The notes under the pieces: generated by a model
What the model saw: only the letters and a program-made list of their open reading frames with translations
The model's database searches: none
What the model was told of the DNA's origin: nothing
Shown: piece by piece, positions 14,582-27,190 of the stretch
Layout of the letters: each line of letters begins with the position of its first letter
How positions within the stretch are numbered: the stretch's first letter is position 1
Translations under genes and position numbers: made by a program
Assembly (NCBI GenBank): GCA_964016885.1
Contig: CAXHJY010001669.1
Location: forward strand, 231,122-295,121
DNA: 64,000 nt
Direction of reading: 5' to 3'
Source: Eledone cirrhosa
Lineage: Eukaryota

Positions 14582-14948
14582 TATAGCGAGGATACTGGGT
14601 TGTATGAATGCAACAAAACGAGACATGGTTTGTGTATATAATATTTAATTAACGGTAGATGGAATACTTGACATGTCAAAGATAGATGTTAGAATGAAAC
14701 AAAGTTAGTAGTTACCGTTTTGATTGCCAGGCAAACGCGGCTGGCAGAGGGCGCCTGGCTAAGGCCAGGCGCCTGTTGGCCAAATTAATGGCAGAGCCAA
14801 ATGAGAAGACTCTTGACCTGGTGCCGAAAAGGCAAAGAGAGAGAGGAAGCTTAAAGTTGTTAGTTTTATAGGGCTCTGACCGGAAGTCGCAGAAAGGGTT
14901 CCACCTCCCGTCTAGATCCCAATCAAAACAAGGGAGACAACCGCTACA
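14582..14948 (-). repeat. 5' LTR
   Basis: Direct repeat of 12850-13216, followed on the minus strand by a tRNA-Trp-like PBS. Confidence 0.9.
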
Positions 14949-15051
14949 AATACATCAAGCAATCATAACAATAATAATAATGCTAATGATAGGAACAACA
15001 ACAACCACCATAATAACAATAATAGCAACACACACAACTATGACGATAAAT

Positions 15052-15157
15052 ATAATTGTTTCTACTTTTGGCACAAGGCCAGCAATTATTTCAGTGCATT
15101 ACTGGTACTTTATTTTATCGACCCCGTAAGGATGAAAGGCAAAGTTAACCTCGGCGG
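15052..15157 (-). mobile_element. 5'-truncated SINE nested in the PLE Asn-rich region
   Basis: Matches the 3' half of the SINE at 20318-20510. Confidence 0.8.
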
Positions 15158-17531
15158 ATAAATATAATGACAACCCCTTAGAGTAACTATTCTTCAACCC
15201 AGCTGACAAAACATATAAGATGGGTAATGTCTATCCTACGAGGTTACCCTTTAATAAAAGAGTTTGCATACCACAACAAATAGATGACGAGACAGAGGCA
15301 CAGTTCACCATAGCTAGAAATAAGATTAGACAAATAGTAGACCGGTATACTAAGAGACAGAGCAGACCAGAGGCCCAACAACTTGGGAGGAAACCCGTAG
15401 AAGGCTTGGTTAGCCTCAAGCAGCGCACAAGGGATGGTGAGGTAGTATGTCTACTCACGGATAAGTCTGGTAAGATGTCAATAGACAGCATGCCGAACTA
15501 CATCAAGGCTATGCAACTCCACATCACCAACACGAGCGAAATTGCACAGCAAATACATGATGGGAGAGAGAACTGCCAACAACTTCCAGGCGTCCAATAA
15601 TGGCATACCACCCTTGTATGGGCTCCGCAAAGACCACAAGACACTCGACGACCCGACAACAGGACCACCGACAAGACCTGTATGCGGAGCAAATATAGCT
15701 AGCAACTACAGGATCTCCTACTTCTTCTCAATGGTTATACGCCCCATATACAAGATGTACCCAGATGTATGTGACAGTACAGAGGATCGCCTCAGCAGAA
15801 TCAGTGAGTGCAACAAAAACAGGAACCTATCCAACAGCATAATAGGCAGTATGGATGTGGTATCACTGTATCCATCCATTAACATTGATTTTGCTGTGGA
15901 AAAATGTGTGGAGATGATCATTGAGAGTGAGGTGGAGTTCTGCGACGTCGACACAGACGAACTGGGCCTCCTACTTAGACATACCTACGACACTGACTAC
16001 CTAGACAGCCATGACTCTAGATGTTTCTGCCCCAGTAGACCCATAAGAGGTAGACCCCCCACCATAACCCCAATGGCAAAAAAGACTCCCATGGGAAGGT
16101 GGATTGGGTGGACCAAAGCTATACGGACCCCCCCCCCCCTAAAAAAATAATGATCAGGTAAGAAAAATGGTCGCACATGCAATAGGGGCTAGTATCAAAA
16201 CTACCCTAAAGGGCCACATGTTCAAGTTCAACGAGAAGATCTACACCCAAAATGAGGGAGCAGCCATTGGCGTCAGCATAGCTGGTGACGTTGCCAACCT
16301 TTTTATGGTATGGTGGGAAAGGAGACTCCAAGATCTCCTTGATGAGAGCTCCATAGACCTCATCATGTACTCTCGTTACGTAGACGACATCAATATAGTA
16401 ATAAGGACATCCCCACAAGTGAGCACTAACAAGTTTGATTTAGAACGTAGCACAATGGAAAGCATCCAGCAGAAAGCTAATTCCATACACCAGAGTATAA
16501 CTGTAACTATCGACTACCCTTCCAAACACCCTAACAATAGACTACCTGTATTAGACACGGAACTCTGGATTAACGCTATAGACGAGAGAGCCCAAATTCT
16601 TCACTCACACTATGCTAAACCCATGGCCTCCAAATACTTGATACTCAAAAACTCAGCAATGTCCAGTAGTGCTAAGTTTAATATTCTGATCGCAGACTTG
16701 GTACGAGTGATGAAGAATGTGTCCCGCATGTGCGACCCAACAGAAATGGAAAGACACATCCAACACTTCATCAACCGCATGCAGTTCTCTGGCTACAACC
16801 AAAGAGACAGAATCAGAGTATACGAAGGAGCCACGGAGAAGTATAAGACCCTCATAGAACTGGACATGAAAGGAATTTGCCCATTATACAGGAGCAAATC
16901 ATGGAATAGCTTAGATAGGACTAGACATAAGATAGGGAACGCCACCTCATGGTACGACAACCAGAGATACCAGAGTATCATGTTTATGGACGCTACCCCT
17001 GGAGGGAAATTAGCTAACCAGTGTAGAAAGGCCCTGAGAAAGACCCACTTAAAGATTAAGGTGGTAGAAAAGCCAGGAACCACCATAAAATCCCTGATCA
17101 GCAAAACCTACCCTTTTAAGAAAACCCACTGTACTAATAGGAAATGTATCATATGTAGAGTAAACCCCCGGATAAACTGTAAAACTAGAAACGTAGTCTA
17201 TAACATAAGATGTACAGAGGGTACTTGCAGAAACATGACAACAACATACATAGGCGAGACAGCTCGTAGCATAGGTGAAAGGATAGACCAACACTAGGGG
17301 GAACTAAAAGGACGAAAAAACGGTTCAGTACTATACGAACATGCCAGACAACAACACAACGGTAACATAGACAACATAGAAGTTAGAATAATATCTAAAC
17401 ATATAAATGACCCAGCAGATAGGCAAATCAGAGAGGCCAGCGAAATAGAACTTAGAAGGCCAAGGCTAAACAGAAAAAATGAATGGAATAACAACAACAC
17501 CCAAACAAACAACACTGACCTAAGAGAAGTA

Positions 17532-17562
<31 letters not shown>

Positions 17563-17801
17563 ATACATACACAAGCACAATAACAACAAACACATATAAA
17601 CACACACTAGTAAACTAAGATAGAATACATTAACCAATACTCAGTCACCCAAACAAGAACACACACCAAACAAAACACTATACACACACGCAAACGCATG
17701 CGCAGAGAAGACAAAAAAATAAACAAATAAATAAATAAATAAATAAACAGACTAAATAAAGATGGCGTAAGCATACAATGCAACGGGAGGAAACATAATA
17801 G

Positions 17802-17845
17802 CAACACTGACGATATTGCAGATGTGCAACGAAAGAACTTTGATA
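17802..17845 (+). ncRNA. Hammerhead ribozyme motif in PLE family 2 terminal repeat
   Basis: CUGACGA-U-AUUGCA-gaug-UGCAAC-GAAA-gaac-UU; stem I is weak. Homologues at about 10465-10505(-), 34250(+, decayed), 35885(-), 36030(+). Confidence 0.65.
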
Positions 17846-18080
17846 GACTATATATATGTTTGTGTCTATATTGTATCTGTATTTTTGACCGTTGGTCCAG
17901 TCAATGGCAACATTGAGGATCGAATAAATTAAATGAACCGATATAAAAGACACAGAAGCGAAAACCAACCAAACAGTGAGTGTGTTCTGTTATTAATTCT
18001 GGCAATATTACACAAATATGACCCTCCCCAAGTATAACAATATTTGTTTCGACACACGATTTCATATAAAAACCTCGCAA

Positions 18081-18117
<37 letters not shown>

Positions 18118-18224
18118 TATATTATATATTATATATGTGTATGTGAGTGAGTGAGTGAGTGAGTGAGTGAGTGAGTGTGCGTGCGTGCGTGTGTGTGTGT
18201 GTGTGAGTGAGTGAGTGTGCGTGC

Positions 18225-18311
<87 letters not shown>

Positions 18312-19029
18312 CGTGCGTGCGTGTGTGTGTGTGTGTACCTGTGCGCGCATGTATAATATATACACACAGACACACGTCCATGTGTTCAGACTTCAGCTCA
18401 ACACAGCAAAAAAAACAAAAAAAAACAAAAAAAAAAACAAGGGTGGTGCCCCAGCATGGCCTCAGCCGGATGGCTGAAACAGGTAAAAGAGTAAAACAGA
18501 ATACACAGAACACATTACAACACAATAGAACACAACACAACACAACATGCATGACATACTGACATAAAATGAAGCAGGTGTTTCTCAGTAGACGACTTGA
18601 ACCGAAGCAATATATAGTTTCTCGTTACAGCCGATGTTTGCGCATGCGTACAAATTCTATTGCCAGGTCAGCACAGTTCACTCATCGCTTTGGTATGTGA
18701 ACGTTCGTTTGTAGGTTAACGTTTCACTACTGGTGTGAAGCCCCCTCCCATTTGTATTTTAATGCTCGTGGTTATTGTTATTGTTGCTTCATGTTATCTG
18801 TTCTATGGGAATGCTGTGTTAAGATATATGTGAATGTAATGTATATATATATATTATTTTATAACTGAATAACATTCATCCATAAACAAACAAATAAACA
18901 CTCAGACACCAGCTGCTGCGACATAACTATCGTACTATCACTACCACACGCAGCTTCTTTCCCCTCCACCCACTACGACATAATCACATACCACTGTATG
19001 ATACATACATACATACATACATACATACA

Positions 19030-19063
<34 letters not shown>

Positions 19064-19099
19064 CATACATACATACATACATATATACATACATACATA

Positions 19100-19523
19100 C
19101 TCCACCCTGATTACACCTTCAGATTTATGCCTGTGATCATTGGGGCACTGGGGTACGTTAGTAACTGCCTCAATACAAATCTTGAGAAGCTAGGCTTCAC
19201 AGGAACAGAAAGAACACAACTAGTTAGGAAATTACAAGTACAATCCATTAATAGAACAGTAAAAATATGTAAAACATTCCAAAAATGTTGCATCTAATAA
19301 CTGCATATACACATGTACAGATACAAAGCATATACACATGCACACATACAACTCAAAACATAAACATCCACACATACAATAACATCCATATCTACACATG
19401 CATGCATACATACATATCTACCTAGTTGATGCTGTGTAAATGCCAATGAGAGAGTCTTGTGTCTATGTTAGAAACCGACTCTCTCTCTATTGGTAAAAGT
19501 TTGTGAAATTATAAAACCAGAAG

Positions 19524-19525
<2 letters not shown>
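19100..19525 (+). mobile_element. 3' end of an R4/Dong-like (REL endonuclease) non-LTR element
   Basis: YTFRFMPVIIGALGYV..L..NLEKLGF...LQ..SI..TVKICK is typical of the R4/Dong C-terminus; lies between (ACAT)n and (CA)n tracts. Confidence 0.65.
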
Positions 19526-19587
<62 letters not shown>

Positions 19588-19590
19588 TAC

Positions 19591-19679
<89 letters not shown>

Positions 19680-20317
19680 TTAGTTACCAACATGGGATAT
19701 CTTGGCTAGGGCCCAACCGTTCAATGGACGAAGAAACTCTTGTGACCTCTGTCTTACCGAAGCATATTACGTAACTCTATCACAACCTCTACTGATTAAC
19801 GATAGAACAGAAGTAACTATTAGCTGTCAACATCGAAGAGCTAATTCCTTCGCCAACAGAATAGTTGACCCAACATAGTCATCTAGCCCCATTTTTACTT
19901 GTAGCTAATAAGTTAAATAGTTATAGCTAACTTAGATAATTATAAGTTACCTCCCTTACATTGTCTCTCAATTAAAAAATTAAAAAATTAGCATTTCTTA
20001 ACTATAAACTACCCACAATTTCTAATTTCTCGAGGAGTTACTTCCCCTGAAGCCACCCTCTAATTAGTAAGGTGAATATATCCATTGGCAGCCATCTTGT
20101 TATCCATAGGCAGATCTCACACAAAGCAGCCTCGACAGAAGAATACTGCTCGACTATGGCAGACAATAGATATACCCAGGACACCATAGTGAAATACCAA
20201 TATATGGAACATTACATTCATGTAACATTCTTTCCTTATTTTAATTTATATTCCTTTTGAAGTTCCGATGAGCTGCTTTAATTTTACCTAAGTTAATTAT
20301 TTTCAACTGAACCAGAT

Positions 20318-20510
20318 CAATAATTGTTTCTACTTTAGGCACAAGGCCAGCAATTACCCAGTGCATTACTGGTACTTTATTTTATCGACCCCGTAAGGAT
20401 GAAGGGCAAAGTCAACCTCGGCGGGATTTGAACTCAGATCGTAAAGGGACGTAACTATGCTGGAAAGCATGGCGTCCGACCCTCCACCGATACTGCCAAT
20501 CCACCGCCCT
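20318..20510 (-). mobile_element. Full-length young tRNA-derived SINE
   Basis: Minus strand GGCGGTGGATTGGCAGTATCGG (A box)...GAGTTCAAATCC (B box)...CTTCATCCTTACGGGGTCGATAAAATAAAGTACCAGT; flanked by a 'caataat' duplication. Confidence 0.85.
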
Positions 20511-20896
20511 CAATAATGATCTATAATCATTTGATCCAGAAATATTATATGGAGTAGCGAAACAATTGTAAACGGACATTATTATTATTAATATTATTAT
20601 TATTATTCTCTACATTCCTTACATCAAACTAAAATATGTTGACAATCTTTTAATAATGTCTTCCTTGTGAAATTTGTGGTCTTGTTTTGCTTAACTAATG
20701 AATATTTCCAGCTCTGTGCACCTAACCTCTGCATGAACCCAGCCACCTAGCTGCCTTCCACTGCATATTGCACATTGAGCACATGCCTTTACGCTTTGGC
20801 TTCTAACTAATTCACCAATCTCTCTTCTCCTCTCCTATCTCCATCTCTCTCTTTAAGATTGGTTACTCTTGAACTGTGTATATATATATATATATA

Positions 20897-21021
20897 GGTA
20901 GAACACTCGAAGGTAATATCCGTAGTGGCAGAGCACTCAGTCCATGGGACGAGGTTGGTAGAAGTAGTAACACAACAGTAAGTTCACCATCGGTATGGTG
21001 AACTAACTATTGTGTTACTAC

Positions 21022-21026
<5 letters not shown>
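20897..21026 (-). mobile_element. Short PLE-terminal-repeat-like element with 32-bp fold-back, in (TA)n
   Basis: Homologous to 49751-49950. Hairpin arms 20959-20990 and 20995-21026; (TA)n on both sides. Confidence 0.7.
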
Positions 21027-21078
<52 letters not shown>

Positions 21079-21241
21079 AATTTTAGTACAGCATCAACGA
21101 AGCTTTTGGTAGCAGCCAAGTTAACGAATGCAGTTTCGGTGTGCAAATAAGCACTCAATGGAGAATATTACCCCAGAGTTATAACATTACGTTTTGAAAC
21201 AGCTTTGAAAATCAAATACAGCGACCGATAGTCGGGCCGCA

Positions 21242-21255
21242 GTGACCATAGCAAC
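21242..21255. promoter_or_regulatory. Candidate RFX X-box
   Basis: GTGACCATAGCAAC fits GTNRCC-AT-RGYAAC; lies in a small CpG-containing non-repeat patch. Confidence 0.3.
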
Positions 21256-21434
21256 AAAAAAAACCGAACTCAGGAAAAATTTTTGACTGACCTGGACCGT
21301 GACGTAGACATCATATGCAACACAATATACAATATACATCACACATAACATACAACATCTCCGCTAGGTTTCTGTAAATCCGAAATCGACAAAATCCACT
21401 TGCAGGGGTCTGAAAGTTAATGGCTTTTGACGAC

Positions 21435-21489
<55 letters not shown>

Positions 21490-21493
<4 letters not shown>

Positions 21494-21822
21494 CAATGAT
21501 ATTAATAAATGGAAACTATATTTATAAAACAATATTTATTCTATTATATATATTTCAAGGGCACATATCACATTGATATTATACTCCAGAAAACTTGTCG
21601 AGTGCTTCGAATCTGTTATAAATATATTTGTGAATTACCAACAAATCAAATATCTCTTTGCTTATATATATAATATTAATAAATGGAAACTATTTTTATA
21701 AAACCATATTTATTCTATTATATATATTTCAAGGGTACCAAAATGTTTGGTACGCACTCATCAGATAAAATACAAAAGTTGTTTATATATAAAACAACTT
21801 TTGTATTTTATCTGATGAGTGC

Positions 21823-21823
<1 letters not shown>
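21490..21823 (-). mobile_element. HHR-bearing PLE terminal-repeat fragment with fold-back, in (TA)n
   Basis: HHR at 21711-21772(-): UAUUUUAU-CUGAUGA...GAAA-uauaua-UA-AUAGAAUA (8-bp stem I). Hairpin at 21753-21823 and an internal ~70-bp direct repeat. Related copy at about 40060-40200. Confidence 0.7.
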
Positions 21824-21895
<72 letters not shown>

Positions 21896-22439
21896 TGTAA
21901 TAAACAACATAAGAAAATTATTCGGACGACCGAAGTCAGATGTCTGTGTCAGGCTCGTCTGTCTTCGTGAAACCTTTGGTTTGTGTGTGTGTGTGTGCAT
22001 GTGCCTGTGTCTGTATCTGTGTGTGTATGTATGCAGGGCCAGATTTATAGCGGGGCGTACAGGGCATTCTCCACAAGCTCCCCACCCCCATCAGCTGGGG
22101 GCCCTATCGGTGGGGGTGGGTCTAGTAAGATAGATGTGGCGTGGGACTGAAAAAAGCGTGCCACCTGATGGGCTTTTGGATTTTATCTTTTAGACACACT
22201 ATAACAATACCTTTAAGAAAAAGTATTTTATGTCAATCCTGTAGCCAATTCGTCGAAATGTCTCTACTTTAATGACATCAGCTGGTTGTTGTAGAAGGTA
22301 AGGAGATGTGATCGTCCAGTTTTATGCAAGAATACGGTATTTATGTGTACGTATGCATGTGAGTATGGGTGTATTTAACAATGTGTATATATATTTGTGT
22401 ATGTGTGTGTGTTTTTAAGGACATTTAAATGTGGAAAGT

Positions 22440-24152
22440 GCGCTTAAAATGAAGGTGGTCAGATTTACATAAAATCGAGTAAAGCAGATAACAACAAAAT
22501 ACATAACAATGAAATTCCCCAATAAGGGAAGTGCCACCCCCACTCCGTGGGAGACTTAGGAATCCCACTGCTCCTAAACCACCCTACTCTCCGTGAGAAC
22601 CCTAGGAGGGTGCCTCTCTCTTCTCTAAACTCTCCAGCCAACAAGCACATGGTCATAGTAGGCCCATTCATTCGGGTCATCATCGCTAGATTCACCCATC
22701 TTTTGAAAAATGTACTAGGAGCAGCCCTTCCTTCTCAACTCTCACCTTCCCTTCTAAGTGGAACTTGAAAAAGTTGAATAGGGCTTGACCGAAGAGGAGA
22801 GTGTTTGTCTTCAGTCCTTTCAGTCGCGTCCACCACACAACTTTTTCGTTGCAGCCACCAAACAGAGGAAACTGCTTGCCCTTCGGGGTCAAAAGGAGGC
22901 GGCGGCGCGATTTTCACGATGGACTCGATTGATATCCGGATTCGTCCTACTCGCGATAATAGTTGTTCGACAAAACTCCAGAAGTCACTAATGCATCGAC
23001 ACTGGACGCGTGTGTGCAGAACGGTTTCGTCGCTTTGCTTGCATCTTGTACAAGTCCATCTGAAAGCACTTCCGCACCTATAGTATTTGTCTCGATCCAG
23101 CAGTGCCCCCCGGAGGGACTGCCAAACCAGGGATTTCTGGAGGTTGTCTATAGTCCCCGGCTGGAAAGATCTCCCGAACAGACTGGTTAGTTAGATTTTG
23201 TTGACGTCCAGTTTCTCTGAGAACGTCGTCGCTCTTGTGCACCGCTAGTCTTCTATAAAACACTACAGTGGAATTTCAACTGACCGCATTGCGCGACTCG
23301 TAGTGGGCTGTGAGCCCAACATTCCAGATGCCTGATCAGATGCCCAGTCACGGTCTTCACTTGAGCTACAACTGTAGCTCAGTTGAAGAGACGAGTTATG
23401 GAAAGACCTGTCTGACAAACGGCGACCACACCTGTTCACTGTTTAGGAATATCTGGAAGTGCCGTAGTCTCAACGCATGTTTGCTGTTCATCAGCCACGG
23501 CATGCCAAGCCCTCCACCGACAATGCAATTTCGCAAGACGTGGACTGAGGCATGGCACGGTGGTGAGGCGATAATAGATAACGGTCGCGATGTACGCGTT
23601 CGCCACCGCTGCCCAACCTTTCAGGGATAGCTTCCTCTCGGCCCATTTCTTGTTGAGAGTGGCCACCTTGCTCGTTACCTCATTCCAGTTCTTATCCACC
23701 TAGAAGTCTGGACCAAACCAGACCCCCAGCCAGCATTACCGGTCCGTCCGTCAAACGTCCGGAGATGCTGTTGAACGGCGTAGATTTGCTTCTCCAGGTG
23801 CCGAACTGCAAACCCACAGGCCTTTCCGAGATGATCTTTGCTCCTGTCATCTTTTCATATTAATCTAAGAAGTTGCCGACCACCTCAATTTCCGAGGTGT
23901 TGGACACCATCATGGGGACGTCGTCCGCATATGCTGACGCTGTCCTTCGTTCGAGCAGGATGCTCTGTAACAGCTCTAGCTTCCGCAGTAGTGGCTCGAG
24001 AGTTGGTACGTTCAGCAGGGAAGAGAGGGGGCATCCTTGGCGGACTGAGCGCGTGATCTGGAACTGTTCTGATAGGTGACCATTTACTTTGACCACTGAG
24101 CAGATGCCGCTGCGCATTACAGCGATCCAACCTCTGAAGACGGGACCGAAGT
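22440..24152 (-). mobile_element. 5'-truncated L1/Tx1-clade LINE, degenerate
   Basis: VKVNGHLSEQFQITRSVRQGCPLS...SAYADDV, then W..RKLSLKG.A.VAN.YI, typical of Tx1 ORF2. Confidence 0.85.
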
Positions 24153-24274
24153 TAGGTTTACTCCCTACTCTATGACGTATGTATGTGTGTGTTTATGTAT
24201 AGCTTATCTGTGTGTATGTGTGTAGGTAGGTACGTATGTTTGTGTATGTGCATGTATGTATCTATGTATGTATG

Positions 24275-25536
24275 CAGGAGCCTCATTTGCCTTAAAAATG
24301 TGAGGGGGACAAATCAATTTGTTGATTCTTAAAGGAGCATGTATTGCTTATGGTGCCTTTCTCGGACCCTGTCACATAAGTAAAAGACGAACGCCGCAAC
24401 AGTAGTACGGACGGGTCGTCGGCGGAGTAGGAGCGACTGAACTAATTAAATTATTTATATTCAAATGAAGTTCAGATATAAAAAAAAAATAAGCTTAAAA
24501 AGAATTTATTATATCAAATAAACAAAAAATAAAACATAGACGTTTGAATAAAAAAAAAGAAAAAGTAAATGTATTGTCTTTTAGAACTTTCCAAATGTAT
24601 CATATCTCGCATCATTGCTGTCAATAAATAATTTAGCAACTTCTTCACAACTAATCTTTTTCAAAACATCTCTATGAACGTGGCATATTAGAATATGATT
24701 CAACTTTTGCTGAAACATGGTCGATCGCAGTCAAGTTTTGAGTCTCCGCAGAGCGCTACAAGATCTTTCAGCTTCACAAGAACTGGTTGGAAACATTAAA
24801 AGTAGCCTGAGCAATTGCTCAACATTTGGAAACATGCAACGGACTTCTGGTTGCATTTCACCGAATATTTTACGATGATCCATTATGATGATTTCTATAA
24901 AAAAAGTACTTCGTTCCTTAAAGAAAATTCATCAAGCTCTGGATATTGCATGATCACTTCAGCACAAAAATTTCCATTGAGTAAAATATTGCTTAGTGTT
25001 TCATAATCTGCTAAATCCTGTGAAAAAAAATAATCTTTCAAATTTGCTATTGCAGTATCCACTACTTGAAAATACTGCACTCTGTAATGATCCAGTGTTG
25101 ATATTTTAACTCATTTCCTTCCTGGTATCATTTACGAACTTTTCATTGCCTGGGTAGCTTCAAAGGAGAAATATCGAGTTGATAAATCATTTTTTCTGCT
25201 GTATTGAACAGCTCCTGAAATTTTTCTATATTTACTTCTCATTCAAATTATTGATGATTTGTTCTTTTTTAATTTTCAGCAATTGGATGTAAATATCGAA
25301 TGAACAAAATTCAATACCGATTGCAACTTAGGATCTATATATATTTATATAAATATATGCACATAAATAAACATGTAAAAATATGTATGACTTGTTAGTG
25401 GGATTTTCTTTGTGCTTTAATTGGGAAAAAGTAGGGTGGACAAAAGATGGTTTGTCCCCCGTCCTGAAAAAGTGTGTGGGTGGTGGTGGTGGGGACTTGT
25501 CCCCTGGTACCCCCCCCCCCCCGAAACAAGGCTCTT
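24275..25536 (-). mobile_element. Internally deleted hAT transposon (ZMYM1/Tip100-like dimerisation domain remnant)
   Basis: Minus strand QYFQVVDTAIANL..., then CEAERSCSALRRLKT*LRSTM..KLNHILICHVH. Imperfect terminal repeats 'aggagcctcattt' / 'aaacaaggctctt'. Confidence 0.7.
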
Positions 25537-25545
25537 ATATGTATG

Positions 25546-25576
<31 letters not shown>

Positions 25577-25629
25577 CTGTGTGTAACGAAATACACACAT
25601 GTGTGCATATTCATATATACACGGGTGCA

Positions 25630-26009
<380 letters not shown>

Positions 26010-26287
26010 GATTTCACATACACATATACATGTACAAACAGGCATATATATGCGCACGCGCACACTCATATACACATATGCACGCACGCCTACACACCTA
26101 CACATGCTGAGCAACCGGAACTTATTGTAATGGCGCATTGTCTGAAACGGTACGAATGTTTCTTCAGACACAATGAAATGTCCCACATCGGTTGGGGTGA
26201 TTTCTATGTTGAAAACGGCTTCATACTTTTGTCGGTATCAATGTCACCTTTTACTGACTCCTTCAGCTCAACACTTGAATCAAACCT

Positions 26288-26343
<56 letters not shown>

Positions 26344-26373
26344 CAGATCGATAGACAGACTGACAGAGAGACA

Positions 26374-26542
<169 letters not shown>

Positions 26543-26629
26543 GTAATCAATGCAAGCAATAGAAGTCACGCACACTGGCTTCTCTAAATATGATCAGTTA
26601 CAGGTTTTGTGTTTGATTCTTGTTGTCGG

Positions 26630-26850
26630 CACGACGTCACGAATTCCGGAAGTTGAAGATCTTTGATTAACGGAAGCTGGAATGATAAATGAAAGCAGTG
26701 TATTCGTGGAAGGAAATCAATAAACTGTATCGAGAGGTGAGAAAACAATATATCTCTCCCTGATTATCGTTAAAAATACGCCATTTTTGTTTTAAAGCTG
26801 TTAGTTTGGCGCCTATGGTTTCTGGGGAAAAAAGTGTTAAGTGAGTGAGG
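26630..26850. promoter_or_regulatory. Candidate housekeeping-type promoter / first exon
   Basis: Cluster of CRE-like GACGTCA (26634), ETS CCGGAAGT (26646), second CGGAAG, YY1 CGCCATTTT (about 26779) and a possible donor GTGAGT (26841). Confidence 0.35.
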
Positions 26851-27136
26851 TTCAGTTTTACGCCGTATATGATGAGTGCGGTGGTGTTGGTGTTGCTGTT
26901 GATGGTGGTGAGGGGGTTGTGGAGGAGGTGATGGGGTACTAGATAGCTAAAGAAAAAGTACAAATTGTAAGCGATAACAATGCAGTAAAAAACAATATAT
27001 GTAAAGTCATAATGGAATGTTTTTTCATATATATGCAAAAATATAAACGTTTGAAGCTTTCGGTGGTAGTAGTAGTAGTAGTAGTAGTAGTGATGGTGGC
27101 GGTCGTAGTGGTGGTGGTGGTGGTGTAGTTGTGGTG

Positions 27137-27190
<54 letters not shown>

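Larger units (their letters stand above)
12850..14948 (-). mobile_element. Non-autonomous LTR retrotransposon (TRIM/LARD-like; Gypsy-type signals)
   Basis: 367-bp near-identical LTRs at 12850-13216 and 14582-14948 (minus strand TGTAGCG...CGCTATA). 4-bp TSD AATA at 12846-12849 and 14949-14952. PBS TGGTAACCTTAACGTGAT, purine-rich GGCGGGAGG before the 3' LTR. No gag/pol ORF inside. Confidence 0.9.
11967..18083 (+). mobile_element. Penelope-like retroelement (family 2), 5'-truncated and frameshifted, interrupted by an LTR element and a SINE
   Basis: N-terminal ILQLPPKFAI, Asn-rich tract, RT (GSMDVVSLYPSI, YSRYVDD), Cys-rich linker (CTNRKCIIC), GIY-YIG (NVVYNIRC..YIGETARSIGERIDQH), terminal repeat with HHR, ends in (TA)n. 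Confidence 0.92.

Noticed and set aside
20318-20510. tRNA genes (here and at other A/B-box sites)
   Set aside because: A and B boxes continue into a shared SINE body with TSDs; no complete cloverleaf.
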